35,960 bases of DNA, taken from the IMG/VR virus record IMGVR_UViG_2541047842_000004. One strand, 5' to 3'. The notes beneath the pieces are model-generated. The model searched no databases. It was not told where the DNA came from and was given only the letters and a program-made list of their open reading frames with translations. Within the stretch, counting starts at the first letter, position 1. Each line of letters opens with the position of its first letter. Positions 1-9,849 of the stretch are shown piece after piece. Origin of the DNA: a virus. Its lineage: Duplodnaviria; Heunggongvirae; Uroviricota; Caudoviricetes. The position numbers were made by a program, and so were the translations under genes.

Positions 1-1143
1 CTATGCTGTTTTGATATCTACGATAACCCAGTCTTTACCACGATCATCATTGTATCGGTCGGTCATTTTTCTGGATTTATGGCCTAACAACTTTTGCGTA
101 TCCAGACCCTGTTCCCGATATAACCGTTCTGACAGAGATCGCTGCTCATGAAATGTGGGCGCAGTTCCTTGCTCCCATTTTATGCCACATTTTTCCCTGG
201 CCTTTTTAAAAGCCGTTGTCAGAGTATTTGCAGAAACCTGGTCTCCTCTGTTTGCTTGAGAGGTAGTGTGACGGTAATGGACCAGATATTTACTAACAAC
301 AGCATCCCTGCACTGAGATATAACTTCACGAAGGGTAATATTCAGAGCATCGCATTTCAGGTTAAGCGGAATAGCAAGTTTTGAACCGGTTTTTTCCTGA
401 GTAATGTGCAACATGTCGTCCCAGATATCAGAGAATTTCAAATTGCAGATATCACCTAAACGTTGTCCAGTAACAAGAGCAAGTAGCATGCCGCATTTTA
501 AATAGGGCTGCCGTCTGCTTACGCTTTCAAATATTGCCTGCCATTCGGGCAGTGACAATCTTTGGCGGTTTACTCGATTTCGCGGTTGTTTTGTTGCCTG
601 CGCTGGGTTAAATCCTGGCGGAACATGTCCTGCGTGTTGTGCTTCTTTGAAGACGTCGATCAACACCATTCTCACGACTTGCGCCATCCTGTTATGACCT
701 TCAGCCTTTACAGCATCAATTATTTCGGCAATATCAAGTGCGGTAATATCCTTGAGGTGTTGCATTCCACAATGCTCACGGAAAAGACGAATGGGTTTGC
801 CTTTTTGCCGATAGGAGTTGGGTCTTAGTTCATTATGTTGCAGCCTGTCCTCCTGGATAGAAATATATTTATCAAGCCATTCTGTCACCGTAATTTCTGA
901 GCGCCTGCCTTTCATTCTTTCCAGACGCTCATTGACGCTTAATATTTGTCGGGTACGTTGTTCAGCAATAATGGTATTTGCTTCAGTAGCAACTTGTTTT
1001 GCTTCATTCTCATCAGTTCCTAAGCTATGAAAACGACCGGATAGTGGATGTTTGTATTGCCAATATACCTTTCCGGTTCGCTTATCTAATTTGCAATATA
1101 AATTGGGTATAGAGATTTTGTGAGATCGGGGTCTAGCAGCCAT
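1..1143 (-). CDS. int: Phage tyrosine integrase (lambdoid Int family, not lambda Int itself)
   Basis: 380-aa ORF whose stop codon is at positions 1-3; C-terminal catalytic region shows tyrosine-recombinase-like motifs (TFHEQRSLSERLY, LLGHKSRKMTDRY); start overlaps the adjacent excisionase-like ORF. Confidence 0.9.
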   Translation of the reverse strand: MAARPRSHKISIPNLYCKLDKRTGKVYWQYKHPLSGRFHSLGTDENEAKQVATEANTIIAEQRTRQILSVNERLERMKGRRSEITVTEWLDKYISIQEDRLQHNELRPNSYRQKGKPIRLFREHCGMQHLKDITALDIAEIIDAVKAEGHNRMAQVVRMVLIDVFKEAQHAGHVPPGFNPAQATKQPRNRVNRQRLSLPEWQAIFESVSRRQPYLKCGMLLALVTGQRLGDICNLKFSDIWDDMLHITQEKTGSKLAIPLNLKCDALNITLREVISQCRDAVVSKYLVHYRHTTSQANRGDQVSANTLTTAFKKAREKCGIKWEQGTAPTFHEQRSLSERLYREQGLDTQKLLGHKSRKMTDRYNDDRGKDWVIVDIKTA

Positions 1144-1369
1144 CAGCGATTATCCGTTGGAGTTTTGGGTTTGCGTTTATTGGGAGTTGCGGTTCTGCAA
1201 GCGTTCCTACAAAACGGGAATTTCGGTCAATCATCCAGTAGCGACCAACTTTTATAGCGGGTGGGGCCATCATTTTCCCTTGCGCGTATTTTTTCAGAAC
1301 TCGCTCACTTGGTGCTAAGTCCCCAAATTCTTCTTTAGCCCAGTCCTGTAAAGTGATTAGTCGAGACAT
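1133..1369 (-). CDS. xis: Excisionase-like protein
   Basis: 78-aa ORF immediately upstream of int with an 11-nt overlap, the typical xis-int arrangement; N-terminal LxLQDW and KVGRYWM segments resemble small phage excisionases. Family assignment is by recollection. Confidence 0.65.
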   Translation of the reverse strand: MSRLITLQDWAKEEFGDLAPSERVLKKYAQGKMMAPPAIKVGRYWMIDRNSRFVGTLAEPQLPINANPKLQRIIADGC

Positions 1370-1508
1370 TTGTCCTCCTCTTAGCTGCTGAGGGAGTTTG
1401 TGACCGATATATCTGACATGATATTAAGCTCATGGCAGGTACATCTCTTGACTGGTCATAGAGATAAATTTAATGCTGAGAAATGCAGTATTGAATTTAT
1501 CAATTTTT

Positions 1509-1748
1509 CTATTTCCTGCGTATGGCACGTAACTTCTTAATGTGTTCTGCCGTTTCGATCTCTTCTGCTATCCGATCTGCATCAGCTTTATTCACAGGTT
1601 CAAAGTCATGATTAAAGCGGAACATGCTGGCGATACATGTTCTGCCTTTTCGGATGTAGTGAACTTTGTTGTAGGTAGAACGCAGGATTTTGCAGGGAGT
1701 GCCGTGGTGGTCGACGTACCAGGTGTTAGGAAAAATGATTCTGAGCAT
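1509..1748 (-). CDS. Hypothetical protein (early-left accessory region)
   Basis: 79-aa ORF on the same strand as the pL operon; no family recognised. Confidence 0.45.
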   Translation of the reverse strand: MLRIIFPNTWYVDHHGTPCKILRSTYNKVHYIRKGRTCIASMFRFNHDFEPVNKADADRIAEEIETAEHIKKLRAIRRK

Positions 1749-1795
1749 TTTTACACCTCAGTTGGACGATGTTGAAATTTGCTGCTTTGAGGCCA

Positions 1796-2014
1796 TCACA
1801 ATCCCCATTGTTTGTTCTTAAGTTCGATCTCCTCCTGGCAACTTGCACAAGTCCGACAACCCTGAACGACCAGGCGTCTTCGCTCATCTATCGGATCGCC
1901 ACACTCACAACAATGAGTGGCAGATACAGTCTGGTAGTTCAGACGACGCATTTTTATTGCTGTATTGCGCTGTAATTCTTCGATTTCTGATGCTGAATCA
2001 ATGATGTCTGCCAT
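1796..2014 (-). CDS. TraR/DksA-family C4 zinc-finger protein
   Basis: 72-aa ORF with CxxC...CxxC spacing (CCECGDPI ... CRTCASC), characteristic of the phage/plasmid TraR-DksA zinc-finger family. Confidence 0.7.
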   Translation of the reverse strand: MADIIDSASEIEELQRNTAIKMRRLNYQTVSATHCCECGDPIDERRRLVVQGCRTCASCQEEIELKNKQWGL

Positions 2015-2065
2015 CTTCCATTAATCCCTGAATTGTTGGTTAATACGCTTGAGGGTGAATGCGAA

Positions 2066-2091
2066 TAATAAAAAAGGAGCCTGTAGCTCCC
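2066..2091 (-). terminator. Putative rho-independent terminator (minus strand) between early-left genes
   Basis: Minus-strand reading gives hairpin GGAGC-tacag-GCTCC followed by a TTTTTTT run. Confidence 0.35.
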
Positions 2092-2112
2092 TGATGATTT
2101 TGCTTTTCATGT

Positions 2113-2412
2113 TCATCGCTCCTTAAAGACGCCGTTTAACATGCCGATCGCCAGGCTTAAATGAGTCGGTGTGAATCCCATCAGCGTTACCGTTTCGCGG
2201 TGCTTCTTCAGTACGCTACGGCAAATGTCATCGACGTTTTTATCCGGAAACTGCTGTCTGGCTTTTTTGATTTCAGAGTTAGCTTGACGGGCAATGCTGC
2301 GAAGGGCGTTTTTCTGCTGAGGTGTCACTGAACAAGCCCCATGCCGGAAAGCATAAGCACACAGAATATGAAGCCCGCCGCCAGAAAAATGCATTCTGTT
2401 GTTGTCATGCAA
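2113..2412 (-). CDS. Hypothetical protein (non-lambda, occupies the lambda orf61 position)
   Basis: 99-aa ORF whose start overlaps the stop of the upstream orf63-like gene by 8 nt (translational coupling); no family recognised. Confidence 0.5.
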   Translation of the reverse strand: MHDNNRMHFSGGGLHILCAYAFRHGACSVTPQQKNALRSIARQANSEIKKARQQFPDKNVDDICRSVLKKHRETVTLMGFTPTHLSLAIGMLNGVFKER

Positions 2413-2596
2413 GCTCTCTCTCGTTTGCCTCTGCTTTCGCCGCCATCATTTCCAGCTTTTGTGAAAGGGATGCGGCTAACGTATGAAATTCTTCGTCTGT
2501 TTCTGCTGGTATTGGCACAAACCTGACTCCAATTTGAGCAAGGCTATGTGCCATCTCAATGCTCGTTCTTAACTCAACAGGAGATGCTTTGTGCAT
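2405..2596 (-). CDS. Lambda orf63-like small protein
   Basis: 63-aa ORF at the position collinear with lambda orf63 relative to exo; sequence matches my recollection of lambda orf63. Confidence 0.6.
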   Translation of the reverse strand: MHKASPVELRTSIEMAHSLAQIGVRFVPIPAETDEEFHTLAASLSQKLEMMAAKAEANERELA

Positions 2597-2751
2597 ACAG
2601 CCCCTCGTTTATTATTTATCTCCTCAGCCAGCCGCTGGGCTTTCAGTGGATTTTGGATAACAGAAAGGCCGGGAAATACCCAGCCTCGCTTTGTAACGGA
2701 GTAGACGAAAGTGATCGCGCCTACCCGGATATTATCGTGAGGATGCGTCAT
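2569..2751 (-). CDS. Lambda orf60a-like small protein
   Basis: ORF immediately upstream of exo, collinear with lambda orf60a; start taken at the internal Met (MTHPHD...). Confidence 0.55.
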   Translation of the reverse strand: MTHPHDNIRVGAITFVYSVTKRGWVFPGLSVIQNPLKAQRLAEEINNKRGAVCTKHLLLS

Positions 2752-3428
2752 CGCCATTGCTCCCCAAATACAAAACCAATTTCAGCCAGTGCCTCGTCCA
2801 TTTTTTCGATGAACTCCGGCACCATCTCGTCAAAACTCGCCATGTACTTTTCATCCCGCTCAACCACGACATAATGCAGTCCTTCACGCTTCATACGCGG
2901 GTCATAGTTGGCAAAGTACCAGGCATCTTTTCGTGTCACCCACATGCTGTACTGCACCTGGGCCATGTAAGCCGACTTTATGGCCTCGAAACCACCGAGC
3001 CGGAACTTCATGAAATCCCGGGAGGTAAACGGGCATTTCAGCTCAAGGCCATTGCCGTCACTGCATAAACCATCGGGAGAGCAGGCGGTGCGCATACTTT
3101 CGTCGCGATAGATGATCGGGGATTCAGTAACATTCACGCCGGAAGTGAATTCAAACAGAGTTCTGGCGTCGTTCTCGTACTGTTTTCCCCAGGCCAGCGC
3201 CTTAGCATTAACTTCCGGAGCCACACCGGTGCAAACCTCAGCCAGCAGGGTGTGGAAGTAGGACATTTTCATGTCAGGCCACTTCTTTCCTGAGCGGGGC
3301 TTTGCTATCACGTTGTGAACTTGTGAAGCGGTGATGACGCCGAGCCGTAATTTGTGCCACGCATCATCTCCCTGCTCGATAGCTCTCACGTCGATCCCGG
3401 TACGCTGCAGGATAATGTCCGGTGTCAT
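2748..3428 (-). CDS. exo: Lambda exonuclease (Red alpha)
   Basis: 226-aa product [30 protein letters not shown]... is near-identical to lambda Exo as I recall it; 4-nt overlap with bet. Confidence 0.97.
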   Translation of the reverse strand: MTPDIILQRTGIDVRAIEQGDDAWHKLRLGVITASQVHNVIAKPRSGKKWPDMKMSYFHTLLAEVCTGVAPEVNAKALAWGKQYENDARTLFEFTSGVNVTESPIIYRDESMRTACSPDGLCSDGNGLELKCPFTSRDFMKFRLGGFEAIKSAYMAQVQYSMWVTRKDAWYFANYDPRMKREGLHYVVVERDEKYMASFDEMVPEFIEKMDEALAEIGFVFGEQWR

Positions 3429-4210
3429 GCTGCCACCTTCTGTTCAGTGGCTTTTTGTTTCAGGAATCCAAGAGCTTTCACTGCTTCGTCCTGTGTCAGT
3501 TCTGACGATGCACGAATGTCGCGGCGAAATATCTGGGAACAGAGCGGCAATAAGTCGTCATCCCATGTTTTATCCAGGGCGATCAGCAGAGTGTTAATCT
3601 CCTGCATGGTTTCATCGTTAACCGGAGTGATGTCGCGTTCCGGCTGACGTTCTGCAGTGTATGCGGTATTTTCGACAATGCGCTCGGCTTCATCCTTGTC
3701 ATAGATACCAGCAAATCCGAAGGCGAGACGGGCACACTGAATCATGGCTTTATGCCGTAACATCCGTTTGGGATGCGACTGCCACGGCCCCGTGATTTCT
3801 CTGCCTTCGCGAGTTTTGAATGGTTCGCGGCGGCATTCATCCATCCATTCGGTAACGCAGATCGGATGATTACGGTCCTTGCGGTAAATCCGGCATGTAC
3901 AGGATTCATTGTCCTGCTCAAAGTCCATGCCATCAAACTGCTGGTTTTCATTGATGATGCGGGACCAGCCATCAACGCCCACCACCGGAACGATGCCGTT
4001 CTGCTTATCAGGGAAGGCGTAAATTTCTTTCGTCCACGGATTAAGGCCGTACTGGTTGGCGACGATCAACAATGCGATGAACTGCGCATCGCTGGCATCA
4101 CCTTTAAATGCCGTCTGGCGAAGAGTGGTGATCAGTTCCTGTGGGTCGACAGAATCCATGCCGACACGTTCAGCCAGCTTCCCTGCCAGCGTTGCGAGTG
4201 CTGTACTCAT
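3425..4210 (-). CDS. bet: Single-strand annealing protein Bet (Red beta)
   Basis: 261-aa product [37 protein letters not shown]... matches lambda Bet. Confidence 0.97.
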   Translation of the reverse strand: MSTALATLAGKLAERVGMDSVDPQELITTLRQTAFKGDASDAQFIALLIVANQYGLNPWTKEIYAFPDKQNGIVPVVGVDGWSRIINENQQFDGMDFEQDNESCTCRIYRKDRNHPICVTEWMDECRREPFKTREGREITGPWQSHPKRMLRHKAMIQCARLAFGFAGIYDKDEAERIVENTAYTAERQPERDITPVNDETMQEINTLLIALDKTWDDDLLPLCSQIFRRDIRASSELTQDEAVKALGFLKQKATEQKVAA

Positions 4211-4215
4211 CCGTT

Positions 4216-4632
4216 TTATACCTCTGAATCAATATCAACCTGGTGGTGAGCAATGGTTTCAACCATGTACCGGATGTGTTCTGCCATGCGCTCCTGAAAC
4301 TCAACATCGTCATCAAACGCACGGGTAATGGCTTTTTTGCTGGCCCCGTGGCGTTGCAAATGATCGATGCATAGCGATTCAAACAGGTGCTGGGGCAGGC
4401 CTTTTTCCATGTCGTCTGCCAGTTCTGCCTCTTTCTCTTCACGGGCGATCTGCTGGTAGTGACGCGCCCAGCTCTGAGCCTCAAGACGATCCTGAATGTA
4501 ATAAGCGTTCATGGCTGAACTCCTGAAATAGCTGTGAAAATATCGCCCGCGAAATGCCGGGCTGATTAGGAAAACAGGAAAGGGGGTTAGTGAATGCTTT
4601 TGCTTGATCTCAGTTTCAGTATTAATATCCAT
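4216..4632 (-). CDS. gam: Gam, RecBCD inhibitor
   Basis: 138-aa product [61 protein letters not shown]... matches lambda GamL. Confidence 0.95.
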   Translation of the reverse strand: MDINTETEIKQKHSLTPFPVFLISPAFRGRYFHSYFRSSAMNAYYIQDRLEAQSWARHYQQIAREEKEAELADDMEKGLPQHLFESLCIDHLQRHGASKKAITRAFDDDVEFQERMAEHIRYMVETIAHHQVDIDSEV

Positions 4633-4730
4633 TTTTTATAAGCGTCGACGGCCTCACGAAACATCTTTTCATCGCCAATAAAAGTGGCGATAGTGAATTT
4701 AGTCTGGATAGCCATAAGTGTTTGATCCAT
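4587..4730 (-). CDS. kil: Kil (FtsZ-inhibiting host-killing protein)
   Basis: C-terminal 47 aa of the 89-aa track ORF ([47 protein letters not shown]) matches lambda Kil; overlaps the gam start and the cIII end as in lambda. Confidence 0.85.
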   Translation of the reverse strand: MDQTLMAIQTKFTIATFIGDEKMFREAVDAYKKWILILKLRSSKSIH

Positions 4731-4863
4731 TTTTTGGGACTCCTGGCTGATTAAGTATGTCGATAAGGCGTTTCCATCCGTCACGTAATTTACGGGTGAT
4801 TCGTTCAAGTAAAGATTCGGAAGGGCAGCCAGCAACAGGCCACCCTGCAATGGCATATTGCAT
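4699..4863 (-). CDS. cIII: CIII (FtsH protease inhibitor, stabilises CII)
   Basis: Hand translation of the minus strand from ATG at 4863 gives [54 protein letters not shown] (54 aa), which is lambda cIII; below the 60-aa cutoff of the ORF track. Confidence 0.85.
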   Translation of the reverse strand: MQYAIAGWPVAGCPSESLLERITRKLRDGWKRLIDILNQPGVPKNGSNTYGYPD

Positions 4864-4935
4864 GGTGTGCTCCTTATTTATACATAACGAAAAACGCCTC
4901 GAGTGAAGCGTTATTGGTATGCGGTAACGCCGCGC

Positions 4936-5304
4936 TCAGGCGGCTTTGATAGTCATATCATCTGAATCAAATATTCCTGATGTATCGATATCGGTAATTC
5001 TTATTCCTTCGCTACCATCCATTGGAGGCCATCCTTCCTGACCATTTCCATCATTCCAGTCGAACTCACACACAACACCATATGCATTTAAGTCGCTTGA
5101 AATTGCTATAAGCAGAGCATGTTGCGCCAGCATGATTAATACAGCATTTAATACAGAGCCGTGTTTATTGAGTCGGTATTCAGAGTCTGACCAGAAATTA
5201 TTAATCTGGTGAAGTTTTTCCTCTGTCATTACGTCATGGTCGATTTCAATTTCTATTGATGCTTTCCAGTCGTAATCAATGATGTATTTTTTGATGTTTG
5301 ACAT
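4936..5304 (-). CDS. ea10: Ea10 (lambda early protein)
   Basis: 122-aa product MSNIKKYIIDYDWKASIEIEIDHDVMTEEKLHQINNFWSD... matches lambda Ea10; same spacing to cIII as in lambda. Confidence 0.8.
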   Translation of the reverse strand: MSNIKKYIIDYDWKASIEIEIDHDVMTEEKLHQINNFWSDSEYRLNKHGSVLNAVLIMLAQHALLIAISSDLNAYGVVCEFDWNDGNGQEGWPPMDGSEGIRITDIDTSGIFDSDDMTIKAA

Positions 5305-5321
5305 CTATTCATATCCTCACA

Positions 5322-5350
5322 GATAAAAAATCGCCCTCACATTGGAGGGC
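5322..5350 (-). terminator. Putative rho-independent terminator in the leftward operon (tL2-like position)
   Basis: Minus-strand hairpin GCCCTC-caatgt-GAGGGC followed by a TTTTTT run, just upstream of ea10. Confidence 0.4.
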
Positions 5351-5500
5351 AAAGAAGATTTCCAATAATCAGAACAAGTCGGCTCCTGTTTAGTTACGAG
5401 CGACATTGCTCAGTGTATTCACTCGTTGGAATGAATACACAGTGCAGTGTTTATTAGTATGCCTGTCTTTTAACCACATCAGGCTCGGTGGTTCTCGTGT

Positions 5501-5548
5501 ACCCCTACAGCGAGAAATCGGATAAACTCTATTCACCCCTACAGAGAG
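5501..5548. repeat. Two direct copies of ACCCCTACAG(C/A)GAG, 34 bp apart, directly upstream of sieB
   Basis: acccctacagcgag at 5501-5514 and acccctacagagag at 5535-5548, read directly from the sequence. Confidence 0.5.
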
Positions 5549-5564
5549 CAAAAGAGAAACGCCG

Positions 5565-7271
<1,707 letters not shown>

Positions 7272-7275
7272 TTAG

Positions 7276-7345
7276 GTTTGCTGGGAAGAAAGACAGTCTT
7301 ATGGATGAACTTATCGCTCAGGATAAGCATGGCAAAAACAAGTAA
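7276..7345 (+). pseudogene. sieB: Displaced 3' remnant of sieB downstream of IS5
   Basis: Removing the IS and one TTAG copy restores a continuous sieB frame ending ...YIRFAGKKDSLMDELIAQDKHGKNK with stop at 7343-7345. Confidence 0.6.
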
Positions 7346-7361
7346 TTAGCAAATGAATTTA

Positions 7362-7670
7362 TCATCTCGCCGTCAGTTGTTTTGATTTCCGGTAGCCTGC
7401 CGCGTAAATAGCTACGTTTGGCAGGCAAACACTTCCACTGCATTCATCTACTTTCTTGCAGCGAAGGCTTCCGAGTGATATTGCTTTTTCAGAAAGGCTT
7501 AACCGCTTTCTCGGGTCTTCCTGAACAGGTTCCTCACTGTCTGTGCCGAAGATCGAATCGATGATGTTGCAGATGGAATCACGCTCGATGGCCAGCTTTC
7601 TGCGCCGCTCATGACGGCGAGTTTTGGCATTTCCTGCAAATGTTGATTTTCCGTACACGATTACCGTCAT
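7362..7670 (-). CDS. N: Antitermination protein N homologue (P22 gp24-type)
   Basis: 102-aa product from ATG at 7670: MTVIVYGKSTFAGNAKTRRHERRRKLAIERD..., with an arginine-rich N-terminal motif; resembles P22 gene 24 protein as I recall it, not lambda N; sits just downstream of nutL. Confidence 0.8.
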   Translation of the reverse strand: MTVIVYGKSTFAGNAKTRRHERRRKLAIERDSICNIIDSIFGTDSEEPVQEDPRKRLSLSEKAISLGSLRCKKVDECSGSVCLPNVAIYAAGYRKSKQLTAR

Positions 7671-7788
7671 GATGTTTTCCTCATGTGAAATGGCTTTGGT
7701 GGTGATGCGCCAGATGCTGATCTTCTGGTTGCTGTCGTTACTGCTGCAATTCACATCACCCCAAACCCATCTCGTTTGGTATCTGTTC

Positions 7789-7823
7789 GCGCTTTGTCAG
7801 CGCATCATCGAAGTTAAAGAGCC
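7789..7823 (-). promoter_or_regulatory. nutL (boxA-like plus boxB hairpin)
   Basis: Minus strand reads ggctctttaa cttcgatgat GCGCTGACAAAGCGC: a boxA-like element followed by a GCGC/tgacaaa/GCGC hairpin, the P22-type boxB as I recall it. Confidence 0.6.
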
Positions 7824-7870
7824 TGCCAATCTGTTCCGTTTGGCTGCCAGCGTCCTGCTGATGGCGATTA

Positions 7871-7931
7871 TAATGAACCAATAGTTCGATATTATCAAGA
7901 ACTATAAGTACGAATTGTTTGTGGTTCATTA
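7871..7931. promoter_or_regulatory. Nested inverted repeats in the presumed pL/OL region
   Basis: taatgaacca (7871-7880) pairs perfectly with tggttcatta (7922-7931); inside, atagttc (7881-7887) pairs with gaactat (7899-7905); an AGTACGA heptamer at 7907-7913 is shared with the OR region. Confidence 0.3.
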
Positions 7932-8080
7932 ACTTAATGAGATATGTTTTTGATATGTAAAGGAATTTATTTTTGTAAAGATTGAAGATTGGTCAGTAGG
8001 AGAGAAAGAATTGTTTGCTGGCGTGTTAGTTCGTGGGTTAGCACATGTGCGGATGTTAAATAAGGTAGACGATCGTGAGG

Positions 8081-8106
8081 AAAAGAAAAACCGGCGCTGA
8101 GGCCGG
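8081..8106 (-). terminator. Putative rho-independent terminator ending the cI-orf299 transcription unit
   Basis: Minus strand: hairpin CCGGC-ctcagc-GCCGG followed by TTTTTCTTTT, 7 nt downstream of the orf299 stop. Confidence 0.45.
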
Positions 8107-8112
8107 GTATAA

Positions 8113-9012
8113 TTATTTGATTATTTCTTTTATAAAGACTTCTTTCGGTTGGTATTTTTTATCTGATGATTTGAGCTGGTACGTTATTGTTATATCAGCA
8201 CGTACAGAAAATTTACCTGCAAAATCTGATGGGTTTACGTTGGGGCCAAGAACCATATTTACTCTTCGATCTATTAATCCAGGGATAACAGCAGCCCAAC
8301 CTTTCTCTGGATTGTCGAGGTCTAATGCACGGATTTCAACATCAACATCAAAATGATCCTGAGTATATGACTCTGGTGTGAAGACAACTTCAGTTGGGGC
8401 TTTTTTAATGGTTTCAGCGGGAATGGTCACTGTACCACCCCCTGTACCTATGACCATCGTAGATCCTTCGTCTGCCCTAGCTGGGGCAAGCGTCTTAATG
8501 GAACTTTTGGCAAGAGTCTTCTTATTGGTTACCGTGCTTTCTATGATTGCTTGAAGACGGTCAGGTGAAATATTAGCCTCACCGGCACCAATATTGATGA
8601 TTGTATTGTTATTTGCTTCAAAGTGGGAGGTGTTGCTTGGAGCCATAGCCTTAGTTGCTAGAACTAAGCCATATCCAACCAGACCAATAACAACAGCACC
8701 AACGAGAGCGTTTCTCATTTTCCCATTTCCGATCTTTGCATGAGCGCCAGCAAGAAACTTGTCCATTTCTTCTTGGCTACCAAAGAGGAGTTTAATAACA
8801 ATATCTTCATAAAGGCTTCCTGCTTCTAATCGCGCAACATGCACCGATATATCAAGGATATTAGCCCCTGTCAGTTCCTGCAAAACACCTTCTGATTGTT
8901 TTGCGATGGCCTCCCACCCTTGAAGGGAGGTAATCACATCTTTGATGCTTACAGGTTCTTTAGTTGAATAATATATGTTTTCGGTAAAGGTTAAAGATAA
9001 TTCTTGGGACAT
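8113..9012 (-). CDS. Uncharacterised 299-aa predicted single-pass membrane protein in the rexAB slot downstream of cI (candidate exclusion/defence gene)
   Basis: Long ORF with GAGG Shine-Dalgarno about 6 nt upstream of ATG 9012; one strongly hydrophobic segment near residues 100-124 (ALVGAVVIGLVGYGLVLATKAMA); coding region visibly AT-rich compared with flanking cI and structural genes; followed by a terminator; no match to any protein I can recall. Confidence 0.75.
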   Translation of the reverse strand: MSQELSLTFTENIYYSTKEPVSIKDVITSLQGWEAIAKQSEGVLQELTGANILDISVHVARLEAGSLYEDIVIKLLFGSQEEMDKFLAGAHAKIGNGKMRNALVGAVVIGLVGYGLVLATKAMAPSNTSHFEANNNTIINIGAGEANISPDRLQAIIESTVTNKKTLAKSSIKTLAPARADEGSTMVIGTGGGTVTIPAETIKKAPTEVVFTPESYTQDHFDVDVEIRALDLDNPEKGWAAVIPGLIDRRVNMVLGPNVNPSDFAGKFSVRADITITYQLKSSDKKYQPKEVFIKEIIK

Positions 9013-9141
9013 CCGAGCCCTCGCTGTTTCTTTCGATTTGCTGTGTTAAGCTAATATTTTAATATCCATGTTTCTGTTTGCTTGCAGTGTGTTTCTCACC
9101 ACCATCCAAACGTACTGGTTACTAGCTATGTGATGATGAAG

Positions 9142-9849
9142 TCATGAACTTTTCAGCCATTCCCTGGCCTCGATGTCATCTAGGTGGCGAGATTGCTTCA
9201 GAATACCAGCTACATACTCCACCTTTGCTACTTGATGATAAGGCAACGTTATTGGCCTGTGGTCTTGGTTGATGCTTGTAAATTGGTATTCTCCGTCTCT
9301 GTCATAGCCAAGAACCTTGATCATGTTGTGCCCTTCAATGGTTCTGACAAACACCTCATCACCTGGGAATACTTTGGTGTTAGGCTCAATGAGTACATAT
9401 TCTCCTGATTTTATTCTGGGCCACATGCTGTCTCCTTTTACACGAAGACCAAAGGCATCTGGATCATCGCTATAAATCTTGAGCCACCCATCGCGCTCTT
9501 CGGTCATCTCGATGGCACCATCAACACCAAGAATTGCCTCACCAACCACGCGCACTAACCCTTTTTTTAATTTGCCAACAATTGAAAAAGTATCTTCATC
9601 ATTCGCTCCATTTAACGAAGTGCCGTGCTGAAGCCAAACAACATCAACGTTTAGAAATTTCGCAAGCGCATTCATTTTTTCCTGGCGTGGTAAAGACTCA
9701 GCATTAAACCATTTGCTAACGCCTTTGGACGAAAGAGAAAGGGCACGGGCTATGGCCATTCCCCTACCATGTTCATCAAGACCAGCTTCTTTACAGGCTT
9801 GCGCTAGCCGCTGGGCGAATTCTTTGCGCACTTTTTCATTCTGAACCAT
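9142..9849 (-). CDS. cI: CI-type prophage repressor (N-terminal HTH plus C-terminal S24 LexA-like autopeptidase domain)
   Basis: 235-aa protein; C-terminal domain contains the GDSM serine motif and a downstream lysine (MIKVL) typical of LexA/CI autocleavage domains; divergently oriented to cro; sequence differs from lambda CI. Confidence 0.9.
   Translation of the reverse strand: MVQNEKVRKEFAQRLAQACKEAGLDEHGRGMAIARALSLSSKGVSKWFNAESLPRQEKMNALAKFLNVDVVWLQHGTSLNGANDEDTFSIVGKLKKGLVRVVGEAILGVDGAIEMTEERDGWLKIYSDDPDAFGLRVKGDSMWPRIKSGEYVLIEPNTKVFPGDEVFVRTIEGHNMIKVLGYDRDGEYQFTSINQDHRPITLPYHQVAKVEYVAGILKQSRHLDDIEAREWLKSS

Noticed and set aside
7624-7884. 86-aa plus-strand ORF spanning the N start, nutL and presumed pL region
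   Set aside because: It overlaps the N coding sequence and the nutL hairpin on the opposite strand; better explained as regulatory DNA.
8075-8356. 93-aa plus-strand ORF overlapping the 3' end of the 299-aa gene
   Set aside because: Antisense to the much longer, Shine-Dalgarno-preceded ORF and overlapping its terminator; low-complexity AT-rich translation.
8113-9849. Possibility that the cI-downstream gene is rexA or rexB
   Set aside because: Lambda has two genes here (RexA is soluble; RexB has about four TM helices); this is a single 299-aa ORF with one TM helix and a sequence I do not recognise as either.
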